64,000 nucleotides of DNA from Eledone cirrhosa (lineage: Eukaryota): NCBI GenBank assembly GCA_964016885.1, contig CAXHJY010001625.1:12981-76980 (forward strand), in the 5' to 3' direction. Below are positions 52,553-64,000 of the stretch, piece by piece. Every line of letters starts with the position of its first letter. The first letter of the stretch is position 1. The notes under the pieces were generated by a model, which saw only the letters and a program-made list of their open reading frames with translations, searched no databases and was not told the origin of the DNA. The translations under genes and the position numbers were made by a program.

Positions 52553-53348
52553 TCTAATATATATTTGTGAAATGGGTGGTGGTTGAAATTCAGATGTGCA
52601 CGGTTAAATGGTAGTAGACATGGTCGGACGGACATGAAAATTTACACACCTATGTAAAAAGTGGCAAGGAAGCAAATAGATGAGGTTTCAAATCTCTAAC
52701 TTGAAAAATGTGGTCCCTAGGGTCCCCAAACGGTCTATTTACAATCGCGTTCGGTGAGTTATTTCCCCCTGTTCTAATACATGGATGAGTTATTTACAAT
52801 TTCATACAAATTTTTAAACTCATCTTTTGCTGTTAACATACAGAACCAATAATTTGAAAAATATTATTGAAAGTTTATTATAAAGAAGCAGTTTCAGGAA
52901 AAAAAATAGAAATATGCACTTGGGGCTGGACGGCGTACAATGAGAAGTGGAGCGATGTGAAAAGCGTTGTTTATTAACAGCGAAATAGCAATGTCGATGT
53001 TATGCAAGTTTGAAAATGCAGATTAATAAACTGTTGCCTTCTACAGTATGTTTCATTTTCATTTTTCAATTACAGTTGCTCTATATTAAATTTAAATACT
53101 TCTATAACGATCATACAGTACCGTTTTATGAAATCGATTCTGCAGTAGAATTTTACGAAATGCCAAATCGAAAAAGATCACTGTTTTCTAACAAAAGAAA
53201 TAAAACCCTTACCTTCTCATTGTACACCGTCCAGCCCCAAGTGCATATTTCTATTTTTTTCCCTGAAACTGCTTCTTTATAATAAACTTGCAATAATATT
53301 TTTCAAATTATTAACTTAATAAAAAGTGCAACCGGGTGCAGCTGCTAG
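52553..53348 (+). mobile_element. Non-autonomous Helitron with internal 100-bp inverted repeat
   Basis: A|TC 5' end, GC-rich subterminal TGCAACCGGGTGCA, CTAG|T 3' end, no TSD, inside (TA)n. Confidence 0.72.
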
Positions 53349-53458
53349 TATATATATATAAGAGATGTCAACATGAATGAACCTGTTATTTTTATCTAAA
53401 GACATTTTTTCCAATTCCATCCCGCCCATTCCCTCAATCTATCTTATTTCTCTTTCTT

Positions 53459-53494
53459 TCTTCTGATGAAGGACAAGTGTCCGAAACATTAGGA
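53459..53494 (+). ncRNA. Hammerhead motif, family Z (element ~53360-53580)
   Basis: TCTT-CTGATGA-AGGAC-aagt-GTCC-GAAA-CATT-AGGA. Confidence 0.65.
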
Positions 53495-53611
53495 CCCTCA
53501 TCCTGCTATATCAAGCGTTAACCTAATATATCCGTTCCATATACTGTACTGATTGTGTTGTTATTTCTGTTTACCTTTTACATACATATATATATAAATT
53601 CTTTTCTTATA

Positions 53612-53712
53612 GCTAAGTAGTGAGTCTTGTTACTCTGGAATTTCACCTGTCTCATCTCATGATCCTGCGATTCCACAGGTGAAATCCAGAATAACAAGAC
53701 TTACTATTTAGC
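53612..53712. repeat. Foldback with hammerhead-like core at its centre
   Basis: ~39-bp arms; centre reads CTCATGA-TCCTGCG-att-CCACAGGT-GAAA. Confidence 0.7.
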
Positions 53713-54182
53713 CTTAATAAATGAATATTTAAACTCTTTTCTGGTATCGAGTACTCTTTTCTCTCATCCGACAACTACATATGTGTGTGTGAGTGTCCAT
53801 ATGTATATATCTATATATATATAGAGAGAGGTTAGTTCCACAACAGTTAATTAACCATTGCCAAGAACAATGGCTTACATTCGAAAAATGTGATTGGTGT
53901 CGGGAAGGGCATCCAGCTTTAAAAGTCCAGCCAAAATACAGTTCCATTTAAGCAAAGTATAGTGCAGTCAACTGGCTGTACTTGTCTCATAACATGGACG
54001 ACCTGTCTAGCACAAGCTTGGAAAAATAAATGGTGATGATGATATGTATATAAATATATATATATATATACACACATTTATATATGTATATGTATATACA
54101 TATACAAATATATCATCACCATCATCACCGTTTTAGCGTGGAAGAATGGACGTAAAACGATGATGATATATATATATATATA

Positions 54183-54384
54183 TAGGAAAAAGTATGACCC
54201 CGACGGCAGAGCTCAAGCCGTTTCGACAGCTATTTCTGGACTAAATTTAGTCCAAAAATAGCTGTTGAAATGGCTTGAGCTCTGCCGTCGGGGTCATACT
54301 TTTTCCTATTACCCACTCTACTACCCTAAGTATTGAGGACTCTGGTGCGTTATGGTCCATCTGGTTCCTTACCACAACTCCTTC

Positions 54385-54387
<3 letters not shown>
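54183..54387 (+). mobile_element. Foldback element family W
   Basis: Palindrome 54183-54308 plus tail; (TA)n on both sides. Confidence 0.7.
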
Positions 54388-54421
<34 letters not shown>

Positions 54422-54647
54422 TTATATATCTTTCTGTTCACACATTAGACCATACAGACATCCATTATATATGTCTTTGTTAAAATATAGATTCTTTGGA
54501 ATAACATTTTTTGCGGCGTTTTCTAGCATGACTGTAGTGTGACCCTTACGCTGACTTCTTTATTTCTTTCTTCCCCTTTTTTATTCTTTGATGGAGAGGT
54601 AGATTTATTTTGAAAAATTGGTTGAATTTTACTTGTTCTGCTTATCT

Positions 54648-54733
<86 letters not shown>

Positions 54734-55348
54734 TGTTTCTACTTTTGGCACAAGGCCAGCATTACCCAGTACATTACTGGTACTTTATTTTATCAACCCC
54801 GTAAGGATGAAAGGCAAAGTCTGATTTTGATATATATACATATATATATCATGACTCTGTTTTTGCGTTTCGTTTCGCTTTTTCTACCAGCTGAAATGCG
54901 ATTCTTGCTAAGTTTATAGTTATATATATATATGTATATACATTTATATATATATATATATATATATAGATAGATAAATATACATGGGTGTGTATGATTG
55001 TGTATAGAAGATTATATTAATAAGAGGAATTCCAACTTTGTCTGATTTACTCGTTTTATTTACAATCCTTTAAAATTTATAATGGTATTATAATGAAATA
55101 GTATGATAGAATATTAAATGTTAAGTGTTAATTGAACAAGTACTTTCATGCTTTCACAATCTTCAGGTTCATAATGTGTGGTGACAGTCAAGTTTGCAAT
55201 TTTCAACTGTAATGAGATGGGTAAATTTTGTATCTTATATACAGTGAAAAGTGGCTCCAGAATGCTAAATCTTGCAAACTTTATTTCGACCAATCGGTGT
55301 GTAGTTTCACTGAATTACTATACATATATATATTTATGTGTATAGATT

Positions 55349-55390
<42 letters not shown>

Positions 55391-55501
55391 CATTTATATA
55401 TATATATACATATATATATATGTATATACATTTATATATATACATATATTTATATATATATATATATACATATATTTATATATATATATGTATATACATT
55501 T

Positions 55502-56845
55502 ACGGGTACGGCGGCTGGGCCTTCGGAAATAGTTGCTGAGATGCTGAAGGCATCTGGTACGGTGGGACACACCTTGGTCACCCGGATAGTTAACCAAGTC
55601 ATACAGAATGGGGTTGTTCCGAAGGACTGGCGTAGCAGCATCATCATTAACTGTTATAAGGGTAAAGGAGATGCCCTAGATAGGAGAAACTATAGAGGCA
55701 TTAAATTAATCGACCAGGTCATGAAGGTCACGGAAAAAGTAATAGTGCAACTAATCAGAGAGAGAATTGACCTAGATGAAATGCAGTTCGGGTTTGTGTC
55801 AGGTAAAAGTACCACAGACGCTCTTTTCATTATACGAAAACTACAGGAGAAGTACCTAGCTAAAAGTAAACCCCTATACTTAGCTTTTGTCGACTTGGAG
55901 AAAGCCTTCGACAGAGTCCCCTGTTCCATTATCTGGTGGGCTCTTAGAAAACTAGGTGTTGACGAATGGCTTGTGAGAGCTATACAAGCCATGTATAAAG
56001 AAACAGTCAGCAAGGTTAGAATTAACAACGAATATAGTGAAGAGTTTAGCGTAAAAGTTGGCGTCCATCAGGGCTCTGTTCTCAGCCCCCTACTATTTAT
56101 TATTGCCCTTCAGGCTATAACAGAGGAGTTCAAGACCGGCTGCCCATGGGAACTCCTATACGCAGATGACCTAACACTCATAGCTGAATCAATGTCCGAG
56201 CTACAGAAGAAATTCCAAGCATGGAAGCAAGGCCTAGAATCAAAAGGCCTTAAAATTAACCTGGCTAAGACTAAAGTTCTAGTTTGTAAGAAAGAAAATA
56301 AGGCGGCGGTCCCTTCCGGGAAGTGGCCATGCTCAGTGTGTAGGAAAAGCGTAGGTAGAAACTCCATTTTGTGTCCCAAATGCAAAGTATGGGTGCATAA
56401 AAGATGTAGTGGGATCACAGGTAAGCTAACTAAGAACATAGAAGACCCGCCTTACCTAAATACAAAGTAAAACCTACTACAGTCAGTAGGCATCTCTAAC
56501 AAAATACACCCCCGTCCCACCACCCCCACCCCATCCACACCGCCCCTTTCAATGTAAAGTTATGTTGGTGCCACAACATCCAGGCCGAAACAAATGAGAT
56601 CGTGTAGGTGTCACGACAAAAAGACACACAGTCCACGCTGTAATGTGGCCGTGTAGGCAACACGGTAAAAACCTCCCAGCCCCACACTGTAAATGTGGTT
56701 GGTGTTAGGAAGGGCATCCAGCTGTAGAAAACCCGCCAGACAGTCCTATGCGAGCAAGACAATCACTCTTGCCTCAAGTGGAAAAATCCCCGTCCAAACC
56801 CATGCAAGCGTGGAACACGGACGTTGATGATGATGATGATGATAT
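55502..56845 (+). mobile_element. RTE LINE, same family as 14873-18097, 5'-truncated with 656-bp internal deletion
   Basis: Open RT frame (QFGF, DLEKAFD, QGSVLSP, YADD); jumps from KLTKNI directly to the ORF end; intact 3' UTR and (TGA)n tail. Confidence 0.95.
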
Positions 56846-57026
56846 ATACATATATTTATATATATATATATACATTTATATATATACAAATATATATATA
56901 TATGTATATACATTTATATATATGCAGGAGGTTAGTTTTAATGTAGCACAATAAAGCAATGCAAATATCGTTGATTTAAAACTTCACTATTCACAAGTGT
57001 TTTTTAAGCTTCATATCATGTATCCC

Positions 57027-57097
57027 TATTTTATCTGATGAGAACGCAGATATCATCCCATGATGATATTTGTTTTTGAAATGCGCATAATAAAATA
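57027..57097 (+). ncRNA. Minimal type-I hammerhead ribozyme motif, family Y (best copy; repeat ~56969-57133)
   Basis: Perfect helix I TATTTTAT/ATAAAATA, CTGATGA, helix II ...GATATCATC/GATGATATT..., GAAA, palindromic TGCGCA, AUA triplet. Confidence 0.78.
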
Positions 57098-57135
57098 CTT
57101 GGAACTCTTTTAACCATCTTTTGATCTTATATTAC

Positions 57136-57177
<42 letters not shown>

Positions 57178-57360
57178 GTATATACATTTATATATGTATA
57201 TACATTTATATATATATATATGTATATACATTTATATATGTATATACATTTATATATGTATATACATTTATATATATATATACATATATATATATATGTA
57301 TATACATTTTTATATATATATACACATATATATATATATATATACATTTATATATACATA

Positions 57361-57965
57361 TCATCATCATCATCATCATCACCGTTTTACGTCCGTTCTT
57401 CCACGCTAGCATGGGTTAGACGGGTTGTCCTGTTGTGGGTAGTGTCCGATTGGCTGACCTTGTCTTGCTCATATGGGAACTGATTCTGGCTTGATTTCTA
57501 CAGCTGGATGCCCTTCCTAACCTCATTTACAGTGAGTGCTGGGTGCTTTTTTGCCGTGGCACCTCCACGACCACTTTCCAGTGGGAGGGTGTGGGGGCAT
57601 ATTGTCTATATGCTTCAGCTTCGGCTTGTACCCGTGGGGGGTCGGGTATTCTGTATTACTGCGTGACACCAGAGGTCACGGTCGTATGTCATCGCCTTTG
57701 AGAGATGTAGTTGAGTAAGGTAGGCTTTTATCACCTCATCCCAGGTCTTCTTGGGTCTCCCCACTCCACGGTTTCCATCGACTTCTAGTGCTCTGCACCT
57801 TTTTATGCAGCTGTCATCCTTCATACGCATCACATGTCCATACCAACGCAACCGCCTCTCCTGCACATAGCATTTGATTCCTCTTATGCTCAGTCTCTCT
57901 CTCAAATCATTTATGCTTTGCTGTTCGCGTACATTACTATTACACATCCATCGGAGCATGCAGGC

Positions 57966-57972
<7 letters not shown>
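57361..57972 (-). mobile_element. RTE subfamily-2 3' fragment
   Basis: ORF 57615-57959 MLRWMC...RRLRWYGHV...GRPKKTW; UTR and (TGA)n tail. Confidence 0.92.
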
Positions 57973-58037
<65 letters not shown>

Positions 58038-58256
58038 GATAAATCTACCAAGAGTTTACGGTAGTGTCCAATCCGTATCTTGATAATTTGTATAATTTTG
58101 TATAATTTTGTACATAGATCTGTTAAATATGCATACCAATTATAACACATATATGCCCTAGAAACGATCGTTAAATAGTGAACTTTTTTTGTTTAATATA
58201 AGGAATTGTTTGTTCATTATTTGTTTAATATTTTATATATATATATATACATTTAT

Positions 58257-58595
58257 AAATTAGAAAATAGAATAGCTTCCACCGTATTTTTGACTAAAGA
58301 AATTTTAGCCTGATAATGGGGTCTAGAACCCTCAGATAAATGGAAAAAGATGAGTATTGACGTACATGGGAGTCGAACCCACATCTTTGGTTATCCAGAC
58401 CACTGTGCTACCATTACACCAACACATGGATAACCAAAGATGTGGGTTCGACTCCCATGTACGTCAATACTCATCTTTTTCCATTTATCTGAGGGTTCTA
58501 AACCCCATTATCAGGCTAAAATTTCTTTTGTCAAAAATACGGTGAAAACTATTCTATTTTCTAATTTCAAACCTGCTCACTGTTTCAAAACATAC
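58257..58595. mobile_element. Foldback of a tRNA-headed element (141-bp arms, 29-nt spacer, ~28-nt tail on one arm)
   Basis: Minus strand A box TGGTGTAATGG and B box GGTTCGACTCC; arms 58257-58397 and 58427-58567. Confidence 0.8.
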
Positions 58596-58692
58596 TTATA
58601 TACATTTATATATATATATACATTTATATACATATATACATTTATACATATATACATATACATTTATATATATATATATACATTTATATATG

Positions 58693-58739
<47 letters not shown>

Positions 58740-58822
58740 AAGGTAAACAGAAATAACAACACAATCGGTACAGTATATGGAAGGGATATATTAGGTTAAC
58801 GCTGGATATAGCGGGAAGAGGG

Positions 58823-58858
58823 TCTTAACGTTTCGGATGCTAGTCCTTCATCAGAAGA
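58823..58858 (-). ncRNA. Minimal hammerhead motif, family Z (element ~58738-58940)
   Basis: TCTT-CTGATGA-AGGA-ctagca-TCC-GAAA-CG-TT-AAGA; palindromic AACGTT. Confidence 0.72.
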
Positions 58859-58947
58859 AAGAATGAGAAATAAGATAGATAGAGGGGACGGGCAGGCTGT
58901 AATTGGGAAAAAAGTCTTTAGAGAGAGAGAGAGATGAAATGTAATAT

Positions 58948-59036
58948 AAATAGCTTCTACAAGACTAGAACTGTTTCGTTTGTAAGAAATCATCATTCTT
59001 ACGAATGAAACAGTTCTAGTCTTGTAGAAGCCATTT
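58948..59036. repeat. Foldback whose junction lies in a hammerhead core
   Basis: ~40-bp arms; same family as 21722-21835. Confidence 0.75.
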
Positions 59037-59128
59037 CTATATTAAATATTGTATATACCCTACTAATGTATGAAGTACTTCACTTACTATGGCTGTCTTC
59101 GCTTGAACCTGGGATTCACATATCTATC

Positions 59129-59159
<31 letters not shown>

Positions 59160-59642
59160 CTATCTCTCTCTATATATATATACAGAGGGAGAGAGACACA
59201 GACAGACAGAAGGGGGAGGAAGAGAGACAAAATGAGGGGAGAAGGATGGAGAGAGGACACAGTATGTTGTTGTTCTAGTGAGTCTTTCATAATCAATCAA
59301 ATTACATTTCTTTTGATGTGGTCAAGAGTCATCCAGATATTTGAGTAGATCCAAAATATACTAACAATACACTAATTGCTTTTCCATTGCAGTTTTTCTA
59401 CAGTACTGTAGATGTTTGTTTGTCATGAATGGTATAGATACCAGTAAGATATTGTGAAGAAATAATTATCTATAGATATATTCCCCACTAGAAAATGAAT
59501 TTGACTCGAGATATCATTATTATAATTAGGATAAGTATCTGGTTCTTTTTCACATAAAAATGTTTTACTAATTAAGTAGGATGAATTATTGATTTCAATG
59601 CTGGAGGTTATTGGAGAAATGATGATGATGATATTAGTAATA

Positions 59643-60044
59643 ATAATTGTTTCTACTTTTTGGCACAAGGCCAGCAATTACCCAGTACATTACTGGTACT
59701 TTATTTTATCGACCCCGTAAGGATGAAAGGCAAAATTAGTAATAATAATGGTTTCTGATAAAGGCACAGGCCAGCAATTTTGGGGAAGGGGGAAGTCAAT
59801 TAAATCGACCCCAGGACTTACTGGTGCTTTATTTTATTTTCTCTGTAAGCATGAAAGGGAAAGCTAACCTTGGCAGGATTTGAACTCAACATAAAGGGAC
59901 GTAACTCTATGCTGCAAAGCATGGTGTCTGATGCTCTACCGATATTGCCAATCCATCGCCCTAATAATAATATTAATAATAATGATTTATTTATTAGCCA
60001 CACAGGGCTCATATTAAGGAAACATTAAAGACAGTACAGGACGA

Positions 60045-60045
<1 letters not shown>
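59643..60045 (-). mobile_element. Tx1-like tail followed by two SINE A copies
   Basis: Homology to 12560-13010 in reverse. Confidence 0.8.
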
Positions 60046-60078
<33 letters not shown>

Positions 60079-60171
60079 TTGGGAGGGGGGATAAATAAAA
60101 TTTATAACTGAAACTAAGAAAAATAAACATTAAAGAAAACAATAAAATTTACAATTAATAATAATAATAAT

Positions 60172-60360
60172 CAGTGTATAGAAGAAATACAAAAGATAGT
60201 ACTATTGGGAACTGGCCATATTGTAAGGAAAATTCTGTTGATATGAGTTCATTTCACAATTGTAAATGACTAAAGATATTTTTTTTTTCTCCATTTTCAA
60301 ACATAATGGAACTTGTCTCTTGAGCTCACTGGTTCTGACTTGGAACAAAAATAAAAACAA
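60172..60360 (+). mobile_element. R4/Dong-like 3' end in (TAA)n
   Basis: EEIQKIVLLGTGHIVRKIL then stop and short UTR; TAA repeats on both sides. Confidence 0.65.
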
Positions 60361-60377
60361 TAATATTAATAAAAATA

Positions 60378-60577
60378 ATAATTGTTTTTACTTTAGACAC
60401 AAGGCCAGCAATTTGAAAGGAAGGGGTAAGTTGATTAAATCGACCTCAGTGCATTACTGGTGCTTTATTTTATTCACCCCGTAAGGATGAAAGACAAAGC
60501 GAGATTTGAACTCAGAACGTAAAGGACCGTAACTCTATGCCACGAAGCAGGGTGTCCAACGCCACTCCACCACCCTA
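60378..60577 (-). mobile_element. SINE family A
   Basis: Body and tail homology. Confidence 0.8.
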
Positions 60578-60731
60578 AGTAATAATAATATTAATACCAA
60601 CAACACTGGAGAGCAATATTTAACTTAGATGTTAAACCTGTTTGGGGGGCATACTAATATTACTGTTTATAGAAATGACATTAGTTTTTTTTTCCATCAA
60701 CCCTGCTTATCAAGATATATATATATAGGTA

Positions 60732-61062
60732 GGAGGCACATGGCTTAGTGGTTAGAGCATTGGCCTTGCAATCAAAAGGTTGTGAGTTCAATTCTCAGAC
60801 CGGGTGATGTGTTGTTTCCTTGAGCAAGACACTTTATTTCACATTGCTCCAGTTTACTCAGCTGTAGAAATGAGATGATAGGGACTGGGGTCCATATCAT
60901 TCCACTGCAAAGTGGTCGTGGAGGTGCCACGGTAAAAAAAAGCACCCAGCACTCACTGTAAATGAGGTTGGTGTTAGGAAGGGCATCCAGCTGTAGAAAT
61001 CAAGCCAGAATCAAGCAGGGAAAAGTGGACGTAAAATAATGATGATGATGATAATGATAATG
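60732..61062 (+). mobile_element. CORE-type SINE with RTE-related 3' region
   Basis: TGGCTTAGTGG A box, GAGTTCAATTC B box, CCTTGAGCAAGACACTTTATTTCACATTGCTCCAG core, (TGA)n tail. Confidence 0.85.
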
Positions 61063-61084
61063 ATATATATATATATATTATATA

Positions 61085-61471
61085 TCATCATCATCATCAT
61101 TTAACGTCCGCTTTTCCCTGCTTGCAAGGGTGGGATAGGAACTGATTCTGGCTTGATTTCTACAGCTGGATGCCCTTCCTAACACCAACCTCATTTACAG
61201 TGAGTGCTGGGTGCTTTTTTTCCATTGTGCCTACACGTCCACTTTACAGTGTGGGCTGGGTGCTTTTTTTGCCGTGGCACCTCCACGACCACTTTGCAGA
61301 GGAATGATAGGGACCCCAGTCCTTATCATCTCATTTCTACAGCTGAGTAAACTGGAGCAATGTGAAATAAAGTGTCTTGCTCAAGGAAACAACACATCAC
61401 CCGGTCTGGGAATTGAACTCGCAGCCTTTTGATTGCAAGGCCAATGCTCTAACCACTAAGCCATGTGCCTC
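61085..61471 (-). mobile_element. CORE-type SINE, inverted partner of 60732-61062
   Basis: Reverse complement with extra internal segments. Confidence 0.85.
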
Positions 61472-61479
61472 TATATATA

Positions 61480-61531
<52 letters not shown>

Positions 61532-61577
61532 GGGGGGGGAGGGGGGGAGAGAGAGAGAGAGGAGGGAGGAGGGAGGA

Positions 61578-61620
<43 letters not shown>

Positions 61621-61657
61621 GAAATCACATGAATCAAAGTTCTATTCAAACCATTTA

Positions 61658-61708
61658 TTAGCTTACAATTGTTTCGCCCCAACCGAGGTTTGGAGTCTTC
61701 GGAGCAAT
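61658..61708 (-). ncRNA. Hammerhead-like motif with one core change, followed by AATAAA
   Basis: GCT-CCGAAGA-CTCCAAACC-tc-GGTTGGGGC-GAAA-CAATTG-TA-AGC; palindromic ACAATTGT. Confidence 0.55.
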
Positions 61709-61895
61709 TTTTTCAATGATTGTTTACATACATGACCTCCTTTCCAAGAGACATACAGAAACATATGTATATATCGATACACAGTGGGGTGATATCCATT
61801 ATAATATTTTAGCATGGCAATTTACATTCAAAAATTAAAATCATATTAAAAGAAAATTATATATATATAATATATATATTTATATATATTATATA

Positions 61896-61929
<34 letters not shown>

Positions 61930-61940
61930 TATATATATAT

Positions 61941-62132
61941 AAGGAAGGAAATGTGGTAAGGAACCAGGTGGACCATAACGCACCAAAGTACTCAATACTT
62001 AGGGTAGTAGAGTGGGTAATAGGAACGGGTAGGACCCCGACGGCTGAGCTCAAGCCATTTCGACGGCTAATTCAGTCCAGAATTAGCCGTCGAAATGGCT
62101 TGAGCTCAGCCGTCGGGGTCCTACTCGTTCCT

Positions 62133-62133
<1 letters not shown>
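61941..62133 (-). mobile_element. Foldback element family W (divergent variant)
   Basis: Palindrome 62020-62133 plus tail 61941-62019; (TA)n on both sides. Confidence 0.7.

Positions 62134-64000
<1,867 letters not shown>

Noticed and set aside
56415-56445. RTE deletion caused by splicing at CAG|GTAAGC
   Set aside because: The donor is retained and the breakpoint lies ~18 nt downstream at an AGA microhomology
58305-58345. Hammerhead in the tRNA-headed element (CTGATAA..hairpin)
   Set aside because: Core mismatched and no GAAA after the stem
58357-58426. Functional tRNA gene
   Set aside because: A/B boxes present but no convincing acceptor or anticodon stems and no terminator; part of a repeat
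59360-59450. Plus-strand acceptor with branch-point-like CTAAT
   Set aside because: Donor is ambiguous and the peptide unrecognisable; not supportable without RNA data

Overview
AT-rich, repeat-saturated eukaryotic DNA with no recognisable host protein-coding gene; probably a long intron or intergenic region. The repeat complement (tRNA-headed SINEs, CORE-type SINEs, RTE LINEs with (TGA)n tails, huge (TA)n/(CA)n tracts) resembles what I recall of octopod cephalopod genomes, which is an inference. All ORFs with real protein character are decayed non-LTR retrotransposons (RTE, CR1, R4/Dong-like, Tx1-like tails); the rest are microsatellite artefacts. Also present are piggyBac-like, Tc1/mariner/pogo-like and Helitron non-autonomous elements and several minisatellites. 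The most interesting signal is a set of short non-coding elements lodged in (TA)n tracts. Several carry minimal type-I hammerhead ribozyme motifs typical of Penelope-like elements. At least three unrelated families occur as foldback palindromes whose turning point lies in the putative hammerhead core/helix II, with one arm carrying an extra tail; a tRNA-headed element shows the same architecture. Coordinates were read by eye and repeat boundaries are approximate.
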